Source of the DNA: Pseudomonadota bacterium
GTDB lineage: Bacteria; UBA10199; 2-02-FULL-44-16; JAAZCA01
Assembly (NCBI GenBank): GCA_043822785.1
Contig: JBDRBN010000058.1
Location: 1-42,305 of the forward strand
DNA: 42,305 nucleotides
Direction: 5' to 3'
Shown here piece by piece: positions 26,925-36,752 of the stretch; positions within the stretch are counted from its first letter, which is position 1, and each line of letters starts with the position of its first letter. The position numbers and the translations under genes are program-made. The notes under the pieces were generated by a model. It was not told the DNA's origin, did no database searches, and saw only the letters and a program-made list of their open reading frames with translations.

Positions 26925-26994
26925 GGCAAAAGTCTCTATGTCTTTAGATCCAAAGCATTGGTCCCACTTTCTACACCCTGTTTTTGGGGCATTG

Positions 26995-27948
26995 TCAAGA
27001 CCTCACATGCGTTCCTGTGTGTCCCCGCAAAGTCGCTAAACACTTGGGTATAGAAGTAATTATGGCCTCTTTGCCGCCATTTGCCAAAAACTCAATACAT
27101 GCCTCGACCTTTGGCCCCATGCTGCCGCTAGCAAACTCACCATGGTCCAGATGGATTTTAAGCTCATCTGCAGAGATGTTTGTTAGAGCGCGCTGATTAG
27201 GTGTGCCAAAGCCGATATAGGCAAATTCCACCCCTGTCATTATAAGAAGCGTATCAGCGCCTATCTCAGTTGCTAAAAGGGCGCTGGTGAGATCTTTGTC
27301 AATCACAGCCTCGATGCCATAAAAGAGGTTGTGGCGATTGAGGGCCACGGGTATTCCGCCGCCTCCACCTGCTATTACTATGTATCCTTTCTCAAACATG
27401 GCCCTTATGGGCTCTGCCTCTAGCACTCGCATGGGTCTGGGGCTAGGAACTACTCTGCGCCAGCCTCGGCCCGCATCCTCGCGCATGGTCCAGGCGCGTG
27501 CGGCCATCATCTCCTTTGCTTCATGTTCGCTGTAGAACATACCCACTGGCTTGGTAGGATTTTCAAATGCAGGGTCGTGCGCATCAACAAGAACCTGGCT
27601 TATGGCTGTGACTACAGGAATCTTGATTCCGCGTTTGCGCAGGCAGTTATGCAGGATCTGCTGGATCATATAACCAATGCCGCCTTGGGTATCTGCTCCG
27701 CATAAGTCCATGGGAAGGGGATAGACGGATCTGCTGGCGATCTCGCTGCGCAGGATGGCTGCGCCGATCTGCGGGCCGTTTCCGTGGGTGATGAGGATGC
27801 GTTTGAAGCCATTGACCACAAGCTCGGCCACGTGATCCATGCTCTCCATAGTGGCGTAAAACTGTTCTTGGATGGTGCCGCGCAAGCCAGGCTTACTTAT
27901 GGCATTGCCACCCAACGCAATTACGAGGCCACCTTTCTTTGCTGCCAT
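26995..27948 (-). CDS. arcC: Carbamate kinase
   Basis: ALGGNA, THGNGPQIG, ADTQGGIGY, NPTKPVG, RRVVPSP, GGGGIPV, EAVIDKD, GSMGPKV. Confidence 0.96.
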   Translation of the reverse strand: MAAKKGGLVIALGGNAISKPGLRGTIQEQFYATMESMDHVAELVVNGFKRILITHGNGPQIGAAILRSEIASRSVYPLPMDLCGADTQGGIGYMIQQILHNCLRKRGIKIPVVTAISQVLVDAHDPAFENPTKPVGMFYSEHEAKEMMAARAWTMREDAGRGWRRVVPSPRPMRVLEAEPIRAMFEKGYIVIAGGGGGIPVALNRHNLFYGIEAVIDKDLTSALLATEIGADTLLIMTGVEFAYIGFGTPNQRALTNISADELKIHLDHGEFASGSMGPKVEACIEFLANGGKEAIITSIPKCLATLRGHTGTHVRS

Positions 27949-28042
27949 ATTGTCTCCTGGATGGAGGCTATAGGGGAGGGGGATTTAGGCGTCAATTCAA
28001 AAAAAGGCGAAATTAGAAATTAGATATTAGAAATTGGATTAT

Positions 28043-28990
28043 TTAAAACCCGGGCGTTCTTATAAACTTGCCTGCATCGTCTACTATGAGCCCTGCGGCC
28101 TTGCCCATTTTGGTGAGCATCTCATAGCCCTTCTTTGGGCCCAAAACAAATACGGCCTGAGCAACCCCATGCGCCTGAGCAGCATTTTTCATGACGATCG
28201 TTGTTCCTTTGCACGATGGAGTGATGGTGGATTTTGAACGAGGATCGATGAGCGACTTTGCGCGAAAGTCGCTTGCGCTGACCGCTGCGATGCCTGCATT
28301 TCTTACGGTGAGGTTTAAGGCATGATGCGCAAACGTACCTTCATCGTCTTGCACTTGGATCTTCCATGGACCCCCTATGCTTTGACCCATTCCGCGAAAC
28401 ACGTTGCCCACCTTGACCATGGCGTTATGCATATTTGCGGTATTGATGTAGCGTATCATGAGCTCTGCGAGAAATCCTTCCATCATGTTATCAAAGCGCA
28501 ACTGCATTCCTGGTTTCTTGAGCTCGATTGATGAGTTTCCTTCGTTCACATTTATGTCCCGCCAATTTCCAGATCCTGCATAGGTGATGTCAAATGCGCC
28601 ATCTGTCCACCCAGACACCTCTTTGGCTTCTGCAATAGCATGCGCTACTTCCTCTGACACTTGCACCGGTCCTTGGCTAGCGCCTGCGTTGAGCCTTGAG
28701 ATATCGCTGGATGGGTTTTGCCAGTCAAGGCGCATGTAGGCTTCAGTGGCTTTGCTGCTCACTATGTCCATGAGCTTCTCAACGTCCTTTGCATCCTTTT
28801 GCAAGCCCACGATGAGCATGGTAGCTGGCAGGCGACCACCTACACTAACCTGACGCTGATATAGCTTGATTCCGTCTTGCGCGTGTGTGCGGGCTGGCAA
28901 GAGGATAACAGAGAGAATAAAGATTGCGCAGGCAAAAGAAACTATCTTACTGTTCCATACTTTCCTCGTGCTTTTTCTGCCTGAGATCAT
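28043..28990 (-). CDS. Degenerate ApbE-like exported protein
   Basis: SSDISRLN, TDGAFDIT, PWKIQV and LIDPRS retained; the AKG, TSGxY, His and ADALAT motifs are replaced. Confidence 0.8.
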   Translation of the reverse strand: MISGRKSTRKVWNSKIVSFACAIFILSVILLPARTHAQDGIKLYQRQVSVGGRLPATMLIVGLQKDAKDVEKLMDIVSSKATEAYMRLDWQNPSSDISRLNAGASQGPVQVSEEVAHAIAEAKEVSGWTDGAFDITYAGSGNWRDINVNEGNSSIELKKPGMQLRFDNMMEGFLAELMIRYINTANMHNAMVKVGNVFRGMGQSIGGPWKIQVQDDEGTFAHHALNLTVRNAGIAAVSASDFRAKSLIDPRSKSTITPSCKGTTIVMKNAAQAHGVAQAVFVLGPKKGYEMLTKMGKAAGLIVDDAGKFIRTPGF

Positions 28991-30011
28991 TTGGTCCTCC
29001 GGTAGCTTCGGTCTGTCTGATGTCGGCTCGTTCCTTTGAATCGACTATAGTCATATTCTTTGAGGCAATAAGGGTTCCGCTGCTGTCGACCATAATACAC
29101 ATGGTCTCAGGATGCGCTTCTATGTATCTCAGCCCGTGCTTTGGTCCTAAAGTATAAGAGGCCAATGCAAAAGCAGTGGCAGTGGTTGCATCAGATGCAA
29201 AAACGGTGACGCTGCGTATGCCGTTGGCCTTTACCGGTTTCTTGTTATGAGCGTCGGTGAGTCCTTGACCGAGTCCTGTTGGGGTTACCGTGGCTGCAGC
29301 AACGTCCTTAATGTTGTAGCGATATGCACGGTATGTTCCTGTTGAAGTGGCGTTTTCACCAAATCCTATGATGATGTTCCAGGGCGTGAAGATATCTCGT
29401 CCAGAATTGCGATGTACTGTACCTGTTTCTACCATGGCATTTGTAAAACCTTCGTTTGCGATTTCATCCAGCATCAGATCAGTGATGAAGCCTGTTGCGA
29501 TTCTGCCAAGATCAAACTTTATACCATTGCTATTTAGAGAGAGTGTACGTGACTCAGGATTGAGCTTTATCCTGCGCCAGTCGCGCTTGATAAACCAGTT
29601 TTTTGGAGAAGGGGCCGTGGGATCAAACCATCCGTGCGTGATAGCAGCCAGATCCTTGGCCTTTGATATAAAAGCGAACATATCCGGCGAAAGTTCGATC
29701 GTTTCGCCTTTTGAAAGCGAGTTCAGTCGATCTTCAATGCTGGCGACTTCTACGTCAAATGCGTGCGCACGGCTTAGAGCCCTGGAGAGAGTTGCCTGTG
29801 CGCGGCCTTCGTCAAAAGAAGATGCGACAATGGTGGCTGTTAGGGCCCCAGCGTTAAATTGCGCCTCTGCTGAGTATTGGTGCTGATACGAGGTCTCTTC
29901 AGTTGCGCTTGTCTTTGATTTGGCTGCACTCGTTGTCACGGCAGTAGATGCTATTGCTGGAATCAATATCATAGCAGCAACTAGACTCAGCATTCTGGTT
30001 GTTATCTTCAT
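28947..30011 (-). CDS. Degenerate ApbE-like exported protein
   Basis: Signal peptide; THGWFDPT, FDLGRIATGFITD, PWNIIIG, SVTVFASDATTATAFA; SD AAGGAG. Confidence 0.8.
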   Translation of the reverse strand: MKITTRMLSLVAAMILIPAIASTAVTTSAAKSKTSATEETSYQHQYSAEAQFNAGALTATIVASSFDEGRAQATLSRALSRAHAFDVEVASIEDRLNSLSKGETIELSPDMFAFISKAKDLAAITHGWFDPTAPSPKNWFIKRDWRRIKLNPESRTLSLNSNGIKFDLGRIATGFITDLMLDEIANEGFTNAMVETGTVHRNSGRDIFTPWNIIIGFGENATSTGTYRAYRYNIKDVAAATVTPTGLGQGLTDAHNKKPVKANGIRSVTVFASDATTATAFALASYTLGPKHGLRYIEAHPETMCIMVDSSGTLIASKNMTIVDSKERADIRQTEATGGPNDLRQKKHEESMEQ

Positions 30012-30036
30012 AGCAGTCTCCTTTTTGTGTGTCTCG

Positions 30037-30145
30037 TGTCATTGCGAGGACCCTGAGCGAAGTCGAAGGGGACGAAGCAATCTCCTTGAGCTATGGGGAT
30101 CGCCACGTCGCCCCCAAAGATCGTTGGGGGCTCCTCGCGATGACA
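30037..30145. repeat. RPE-like element copy 4 with internal modules
   Basis: tgtcattgcgagg...cgaagcaatc...ctcctcgcgatgaca containing ccctgagcgaagtcgaaggg and cccccaaagatcgttggggg. Confidence 0.85.
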
Positions 30146-30146
30146 A

Positions 30147-32984
30147 CTAAAGCACCGATTTTAAGTAGTGCCCAGTATGCGATGCTGGATTTTTTGCTAT
30201 CTCCTCTGGTGTGCCCGTTGCCACAATTTCTCCTCCTGCGTCTCCGCCCTCAGGGCCAAGATCAATACAGTAATCAGCAAACTTTATAACGTCAAGGTTG
30301 TGTTCAATGATGATTACGGTGTTTTGGGCTTCAACCAACCGATCTAAGACGCCTAAGAGCTTGTGTACATCATCAAAGTGAAGGCCGGTTGTGGGCTCAT
30401 CCAAGATATACAGGGTGCTTCCTGCCATTCCTTCCATAGTAAGCGTGCGCGGACGGCGTGCCAACTCCCTTGATAGCTTGATGCGCTGTGCTTCTCCGCC
30501 AGAGAGCGTGGTGGCAGATTGACCAAGCTCTATATAGTCCAGGCCCACTTCGACAAGCGTTTCCAGCTTGTGCCTGATAGGTGGAATGTTTTCGAAAAAC
30601 CTATGGGCTTCAGCTACGGTCGTCTTTAAAATATCGGCGATCGATTTGCCCTTGTATACTATCTCAAGGGTTTCGCGGTTAAAGCGCTTGCCTTGGCATA
30701 CTTCGCATTCCACATAAACATCGGGCAAAAAGTGCATCTCTATCTTTATTATGCCATCTCCTTCGCAGGCCTCACCCCGACCGCCTTTTATGTTAAAGGA
30801 AAAACGACCTGGTTTATATCCGCGGGCCCGCGAATCGGGCAACCCGCTAAAGAGCTCGCGTATGTGCGCGAACACGCCGGTGTAGGTGGCTGGATTGGAG
30901 CGGGGTGTTCTGCCGATGGGTGTTTGGTCGATGTTTATGACCTTGGATATCTTTTCCCACCCTATGATTTCTTTCATCTTGCCAGCTGCTTCCTTTGAGC
31001 GGGATATTCGTTGCATAAGACCGGCTAAAAGCGTTTCATTTGTGAGCGTGGATTTGCCCGAACCTGAAACGCCGGTTACAGCTGTGATAAGACCTAAAGG
31101 AAATGCTACGTTTATATTTTTTAAGTTATGTTCGGTAGCTCCTATAACCTCAAGCCATCCATTTTTTGGCTCGCGCCTTTTTGTGGGCTTCTCTATCGCG
31201 ATCCTGCCAGATAGATAGTCGCCGGTGAGCGACTTTGCATGTTGCATGATCTCTAAAGGCGTGCCGGTTGCGACTATATAACCGCCCTTAAGGCCTGCTC
31301 CTGGCCCCAAATCGATTATGTGATCAGCGGCCATCATCATATTATGATCATGTTCGACTACTAAGACGGTATTGTTAAGGTCGCGCAGGCGCATGAGCGT
31401 GTTTATCAGTTTATGGTTGTCGCGCTGGTGCAGGCCTATGGATGGCTCATCCAGTACATAGAGCACACCAGTGAGTGCAGAGCCTATCTGAGTGGCAAGC
31501 CTTATGCGCTGATCCTCTCCGCCTGCAAGCGTTGCGCTTGCGCGATCGAGCGAAAGATACGACAGCCCCACCTCAACCAGAAACGAAAGGCGCTCTGAGA
31601 TCTCCTTTATGATGCGCCTGCCTATTGCCTCTTCCTTTTGGGTTAGCTTAAGCCCTTTCATAAATTTAAGACAGTCGTCAATGGAAAGGGCGCACACTTC
31701 TGCTATGTTCTTATCTCCAACTGTGACGAAGAGCGCTTCAGTCCGAAGCCGCCTGCCCCTGCAAGTGGGGCAGGGCCGCATGTTCATGAAGCGCTCAATA
31801 TCCGAACGCACGTAATCGGATGTGGTTTCGCGCCACCGGCGTTCAAACTGTGGAATTATGCCTTCAAATTTGGCTTTGTATTTCTTTCGCTTTCCTTCTC
31901 CCATATCATATGAAAAATGTATTTCCTCATCCTTTGAACCATACAGCATGGTCTCTTGTAATTCCCGAGGCAGCTTGTCGAATGGCTTATATATGTCGGC
32001 TTTGTAATGTTTTGCCAATGATTCACACAGCTCGATATATGCCATGGCGCATTTTTTTTGCCATGGAACAATAGCGCCTTCGCGCAGCGAGAGGTGGCGG
32101 TTGGGCACGATGAGGTCCGGATCAAAGTAGCGCCTGATACCAAGGCCGTCGCAATCCGGACACGCGCCCTTAGGACTGTTGAAGCTAAACAGCTGTGGGG
32201 TTAAATCTGGTAGACTTACGCTGCAATGCGCGCAAGCGTGCTTTTCAGAAAGAAGCATTTCTTGTTTGTCGAACTCAATTTTTACGATGCCATCTGAATG
32301 CTTGAGCGCTGTTTCTAAAGAATCTGCAAGGCGAGATGCAGCTTCTTTTTTTACTGCAAGCCTATCAATTACAAGATCGATGTCGTGTTTTTTGTGGCGG
32401 TCTAGTTTTGGAGGATCTGAAAGTTCATAGATCTTACCGTCGATCTTTGCCCTAATAAACCCTTGCCGCAAAAGCTTTTCTAGATCTCTTGCAAACTCAC
32501 CTTTGCGTCCTGATACAATGGGCGCCATTATAATGATGCGCGTACCTTCAGCAAGATCCAGTACGTGATCGACCATCTGGGATACGGTCTGTCCTGCGAT
32601 CTCCCTTCCGCATTTATGGCAGTGAGGTTTTCCAACTCGTGCAAACAAAAGCCTGAGGTAATCGTAGATCTCTGTGGACGTGCCTACTGTGGAGCGTGGA
32701 TTTCTAGAGGCAGTTCGTTGCTCGATGGATATGGCAGGGGAGAGGCCATCTATGGAATCCACATCAGGCTTTTCCATCTGTCCTAGAAATTGCCTGGCAT
32801 ATGCTGAGAGCGATTCGATGTAGCGGCGTTGGCCCTCTGCATAGATGGTATCAAAGGCGAGCGAGGACTTGCCCGAGCCAGAAAGCCCTGTTATGACAAC
32901 GAGCTTGTTTCGCGGGATGGTTACATCGATGTTCTTGAGATTATGCATGCGCGCGCCGCGCACGATGATGCCGTCATTTGACAT
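30147..32984 (-). CDS. uvrA: Excinuclease ABC subunit A
   Basis: [23 protein letters not shown], two ABC modules, zinc fingers, DEPTTGLH. Confidence 0.98.
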   Translation of the reverse strand: MSNDGIIVRGARMHNLKNIDVTIPRNKLVVITGLSGSGKSSLAFDTIYAEGQRRYIESLSAYARQFLGQMEKPDVDSIDGLSPAISIEQRTASRNPRSTVGTSTEIYDYLRLLFARVGKPHCHKCGREIAGQTVSQMVDHVLDLAEGTRIIIMAPIVSGRKGEFARDLEKLLRQGFIRAKIDGKIYELSDPPKLDRHKKHDIDLVIDRLAVKKEAASRLADSLETALKHSDGIVKIEFDKQEMLLSEKHACAHCSVSLPDLTPQLFSFNSPKGACPDCDGLGIRRYFDPDLIVPNRHLSLREGAIVPWQKKCAMAYIELCESLAKHYKADIYKPFDKLPRELQETMLYGSKDEEIHFSYDMGEGKRKKYKAKFEGIIPQFERRWRETTSDYVRSDIERFMNMRPCPTCRGRRLRTEALFVTVGDKNIAEVCALSIDDCLKFMKGLKLTQKEEAIGRRIIKEISERLSFLVEVGLSYLSLDRASATLAGGEDQRIRLATQIGSALTGVLYVLDEPSIGLHQRDNHKLINTLMRLRDLNNTVLVVEHDHNMMMAADHIIDLGPGAGLKGGYIVATGTPLEIMQHAKSLTGDYLSGRIAIEKPTKRREPKNGWLEVIGATEHNLKNINVAFPLGLITAVTGVSGSGKSTLTNETLLAGLMQRISRSKEAAGKMKEIIGWEKISKVINIDQTPIGRTPRSNPATYTGVFAHIRELFSGLPDSRARGYKPGRFSFNIKGGRGEACEGDGIIKIEMHFLPDVYVECEVCQGKRFNRETLEIVYKGKSIADILKTTVAEAHRFFENIPPIRHKLETLVEVGLDYIELGQSATTLSGGEAQRIKLSRELARRPRTLTMEGMAGSTLYILDEPTTGLHFDDVHKLLGVLDRLVEAQNTVIIIEHNLDVIKFADYCIDLGPEGGDAGGEIVATGTPEEIAKNPASHTGHYLKSVL

Positions 32985-33105
32985 AGCTTACATAAATAAC
33001 CCGTATTTGGGAAATTATCAATTAAAATCAAGCGCTTGTTGGACATCCACATCTTGATAGCGGACTCAGTGAAAATTATTTTGTCTGAAAATATGTCCTC
33101 TACAG

Positions 33106-33140
33106 TAGACAAATAGTCTATAATAATATACAATATTGTC
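33106..33140 (+). promoter_or_regulatory. Probable leaderless sigma70 promoter with palindromic operator
   Basis: TAGACA (33106) - 17 bp - TACAAT (33129) - 6 nt - ATG 33141; palindrome TAGAC-aaata-GTCTA over the -35. Confidence 0.65.
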
Positions 33141-33695
33141 ATGTATTTCATGGATCGAAAAAAACTAGAAACCTTGCTTTGCTCTCGCGGAACGTCGCTA
33201 AACCAGCTTGCAAAGAAATGCGGCATTTCGCGCCAGTCGCTCTACAACATGTTTGAGGGCAAGTCCGTACTAACAAAACCTTTTGAAAAACTCTTAAGCG
33301 TTCTAGGTGTTGACTTTGACGATATCGTGACAGGGCAAACGCAACTCGAAGATATTTTTAGTTCTGCTCCTGATAAGGTTCGCAAGGCAGCGCTTGCGCT
33401 TTTGGAGTATGCGCAAAACAAGGATGCTGATTTATTTCTTATTGGATCGCGGGCCAAAGGAAAGAAAGGCGTAAGGCCTGATTGGGATTTTGCAATCTAT
33501 TTTCCTGATCTCAAGATGCACCTTGATCTGGCAAGTCTTAAACAGCGGGTTTCTGATATCGCGTTTCCGCATCGCATAGATATTGTTGATTTTACATCCG
33601 CACCTGATTGGTTTAAGCGATCGATAGCAGACGATGCAATTCGCATGTCAGGCGCTACTACGCGGGATAAGATATTTTCAAGGAGGGTAGCATGA
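33141..33695 (+). CDS. HTH - minimal nucleotidyltransferase (MNT) fusion, probable antitoxin
   Basis: Cro/XRE HTH SLNQLAKKCGISRQSLY; MNT motif LIGSRAKG.....DWD, RIDIVD. Confidence 0.85.
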   Translation: MYFMDRKKLETLLCSRGTSLNQLAKKCGISRQSLYNMFEGKSVLTKPFEKLLSVLGVDFDDIVTGQTQLEDIFSSAPDKVRKAALALLEYAQNKDADLFLIGSRAKGKKGVRPDWDFAIYFPDLKMHLDLASLKQRVSDIAFPHRIDIVDFTSAPDWFKRSIADDAIRMSGATTRDKIFSRRVA

Positions 33696-34114
33696 ACGTT
33701 GATAAGCTCGAGAGTTCCATCACTGCATGTGACGAGGCAATGGGCCAACTCGCAGAAGCGATCGGGTTTTTAGATGGCTTAAAAGGTGCAGCTGATGATG
33801 CAGAGCACGGTATCGCAAGTGACGCTGTTATCAAGCGATTCGAAGTTGCCTTTGAGTATACATGGAAACTTATGAAGGCCGCTGCAGAATATCAGGGCAG
33901 CGAAGCCTTTGGGCCCAGACCTGCAATACAGGAAGCCATTCGTTATGAATGGATAGACGATCCTGAATTTTGGGCAGCGGCCCTTGATGCAAGAAACGGA
34001 AGTGTGCACGACTACTTTGGCATCACGCGCAAGGCCTATATTGAAATCGTGAAGGAGTTTGTAGCTAAAACAAAAAAATTGCTAAAGAAGATCAAAGCTA
34101 TAGTCCCAAAATAA
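33692..34114 (+). CDS. HEPN-domain protein (HI0074-like), probable toxin
   Basis: DAVIKRFEVAFEYTWKLMK, PRPAI, Rx4H motif RNGSVHDY; ATGA overlap with the MNT gene. Confidence 0.88.
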   Translation: MNVDKLESSITACDEAMGQLAEAIGFLDGLKGAADDAEHGIASDAVIKRFEVAFEYTWKLMKAAAEYQGSEAFGPRPAIQEAIRYEWIDDPEFWAAALDARNGSVHDYFGITRKAYIEIVKEFVAKTKKLLKKIKAIVPK

Positions 34115-34119
34115 TGCCT

Positions 34120-35529
34120 TTATAATCCCACTTGCCGTTTTCCCTCGGCAATCATCTCTTCCACCTGATCCATAGAAGGAGCTTCGGCGTAGATGCGTAC
34201 GAGTGGCTCGGTGCCGGATACGCGGAAGAGAAGCCAGGAATCATCGTCAAACAAGAAATAGTGTCCATCCATGGTCTCGTGCTTTTTTACCTTGTGTTTG
34301 CCAAACGACTTTATGTTGAGCGTCTTCATGGCGTCTCTTACTTTTGCAATTTCATCGGCTGAGAGGTGAAGGTCGAGTCGTTTGTATTTGCATGGGCCGA
34401 ACTCCTCTTGAAGTTCTGCAACAAGCTGCCCAAGGGTTTTGCCGGTTGTGGCCATGAGCTCAAGAAGCAAAAGGTCTGAGAATACGCCGTCGCGCTCTGG
34501 GATGTGGCGCGGAAAGCCATATCCTCCGCTCTCTTCACCGCCTACCAGAACTCCCGGGGCTTTCATTGCAGGGCTTATGTACTTGAAACCAACCTTGGTT
34601 GTTTCAACATCAAGTCCATATTTTTTACCCATGCGATTTAGCATCATAGTCGTGGATATGGATTTTATAATTTTGCCTTTCCATCCCTTGTTTTCCACGA
34701 CGTGTCGCACCAGAAGAGAAAATACCTCGTGCGTTGTCACAAAGTTTCCATTTTCATCCACAGCACCTGCTCTATCTGCATCGCCGTCTGTGAGAAGACC
34801 GCAATCATATCCTTCTGCCTTGACTCGTTCCATGAGTTCGTTTGCATGAGGCGGTATTGGTTCTGGATTGAGTCCACCGAAGGTGACATCTGCCTCATTG
34901 TGAATCTCTGTGATCTTATTGCCCAATATCCTCTTAAGATAATCCGTGCCAGAGCCGTAGAGCGGGTCAAAGAGTATCTTTTTTATGCCAGACGACTTGA
35001 TCTTCTCTGCGTCAACCATATCTGTAAGCGAGTGCATATACTCTCCGTAAGGATCAAACTCGCTGAATTTGGGATTGCCCTCGAGCTTAGCTGTTGTGGG
35101 CGTTTTGCCTTCCTTGTCATTTGCAACTATTTTATCTTCGATGGGTTTTAGATATTCTGCCGATGCTGCGCCTCCATAACTCTCTTTGAACTTGATACCG
35201 TTCCACTTTGATGGGTTATGGCTTGCGGTTACCATGATGCCTGCAGCACACCTCTTGTTCTTAACATACCACGAAACCGTAGGAGTGGGACAGAAAGTGT
35301 TGCACAGCACGGTCTCTATGTCGTTGCCAAGAAGGATAGAGGCGATCTGTTTAGCTGCCTCTGGTGATTTATTTCTTCTATCATAGCCTATTACAACTGG
35401 TTTTCCTGCATCCAAAAGCGTTGGATACACATCACAAAAGGCCTGGATAACCTTGCCTATGTTTTCAGGAATAAAATCTTCTCCTACAACAGCCCTCCAA
35501 CCATCGGTTCCAAATTTGATTGTTGCCAT
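34120..35529 (-). CDS. Phosphoglucomutase/phosphomannomutase family protein
   Basis: FGTDGWR, TASHNP, DGDADR, GGEESGG, RVSGTEP. Confidence 0.95.
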   Translation of the reverse strand: MATIKFGTDGWRAVVGEDFIPENIGKVIQAFCDVYPTLLDAGKPVVIGYDRRNKSPEAAKQIASILLGNDIETVLCNTFCPTPTVSWYVKNKRCAAGIMVTASHNPSKWNGIKFKESYGGAASAEYLKPIEDKIVANDKEGKTPTTAKLEGNPKFSEFDPYGEYMHSLTDMVDAEKIKSSGIKKILFDPLYGSGTDYLKRILGNKITEIHNEADVTFGGLNPEPIPPHANELMERVKAEGYDCGLLTDGDADRAGAVDENGNFVTTHEVFSLLVRHVVENKGWKGKIIKSISTTMMLNRMGKKYGLDVETTKVGFKYISPAMKAPGVLVGGEESGGYGFPRHIPERDGVFSDLLLLELMATTGKTLGQLVAELQEEFGPCKYKRLDLHLSADEIAKVRDAMKTLNIKSFGKHKVKKHETMDGHYFLFDDDSWLLFRVSGTEPLVRIYAEAPSMDQVEEMIAEGKRQVGL

Positions 35530-35643
35530 TAACTTATCTCCTCATCATATTATGCTTCAGTGCCATTAATAAAATACTCAATTCATCGTCAACGCGAGAA
35601 ACGCAAGCAAGGCGAGAAACGTATGCGGACAAAGTTTTTAACG

Positions 35644-36657
35644 TTATTTGCTTTGCTGGCCTTGTTGGTTATCATTTACTTTCCAACCTACGAGCGCCCT
35701 TGTTAGGTGAATCGTCGCTACCATGTTTTCGTGATCAGCCTGACCTAGCCATGCCATATCCTCGGCAGTGCCATGACTTGGTGACGTTCGTATATAAGGA
35801 AGGCCCAACGTGATGTTAACACATCTGCCTTGGCATAGGAGCTTAACAGGCAGGAGCCCTTGATCGTGATACATGGCCACCACTGCGTCGTAGTCAAAAT
35901 CAACCATCTTGTTAAAGAGGCTATCGGCCGGGATTGGCCCCACACAGTTTATGCCTTCATCTTCAGCAGCAATGACCGCGGGAGCGATAAACTTGTCATC
36001 TTCATGGCCGATTGAGCCTCCCTCGCCAGCATGAGGGTTTAGTGCCATGACAGCAATGCGCGCATCAGGACAGGCAAAATATTCGTCGAGTGCCTTATGC
36101 GTGCGCCTGATAGTTGATAGCACGCGCTCTTTGGTTATGGATTTGGCAACATTCTTGATTGGAAGATGCATGGTCACGAGCGATACGCATAGCCGTTTGG
36201 CTAGTTGAAAGAACGCGTCGACGTGCATCTTTCCTTCTGAGCAGAACATCATGGTGGGTTCGCGCAGGCCTGTGGCTTTGGCAAGGTATTCGGTATGCCC
36301 TAAAAAATGGGGCAGTATTGACTGAATCCTGTGCTTGTTTACTGGAGCTGTTACGATAGCGGATATCTTGCCGGACTTTATGTCTTCGACTGCCGCATCT
36401 ATAGCTGATAGCGCAGTGCGGGCAGCTTCTGCATCAGAAAGATTTGTTGCAGAACCAGATGCGCTTGAAGTTGTGACCAGATGTTTGGGATCGAACTCAG
36501 TACTCGCTAGCATGGCTGCTTGATCGAGCACAGAATGGTCGCCATATATTAAAACCTGATCGCGTTCTTCTTCACTTAGTGTTTTCCACGCTTTGGCTAC
36601 GATTTCTGGGCCTATCCCCCTGGGGTCGCCCATTGTAATGCCTATTATATTTTTCAT
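35644..36657 (-). CDS. pdxA: 4-hydroxythreonine-4-phosphate dehydrogenase
   Basis: ITMGDPRGIGPE, TAPVNK, GHTEYLA, LNPHAGE, MYHDQGL, RTSPSHGTA; the longer ORF start is translated heptamer repeat. Confidence 0.95.
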   Translation of the reverse strand: MKNIIGITMGDPRGIGPEIVAKAWKTLSEEERDQVLIYGDHSVLDQAAMLASTEFDPKHLVTTSSASGSATNLSDAEAARTALSAIDAAVEDIKSGKISAIVTAPVNKHRIQSILPHFLGHTEYLAKATGLREPTMMFCSEGKMHVDAFFQLAKRLCVSLVTMHLPIKNVAKSITKERVLSTIRRTHKALDEYFACPDARIAVMALNPHAGEGGSIGHEDDKFIAPAVIAAEDEGINCVGPIPADSLFNKMVDFDYDAVVAMYHDQGLLPVKLLCQGRCVNITLGLPYIRTSPSHGTAEDMAWLGQADHENMVATIHLTRALVGWKVNDNQQGQQSK

Positions 36658-36658
36658 A

Positions 36659-36752
36659 GTTAGTAACCAGTGATCAGTGACCAGTAACCAGTAACTGATA
36701 ACTAGGTTGTGCAGCGAAATGCAGTTGCTGATCACTAGTCACTGGTCACTGA
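36659..36752. repeat. Inverted heptamer arrays (same family as in the rnf spacers)
   Basis: tagtaaccagtgatcagtgaccagtaaccagtaactga ... ctgatcactagtcactggtcactga. Confidence 0.8.

Noticed and set aside
36658..36735. N-terminal extension of PdxA (LVISYWLLVTDHWLLT)
   Set aside because: Translation of the heptamer array; PdxA similarity starts at MKNIIGITMGD.
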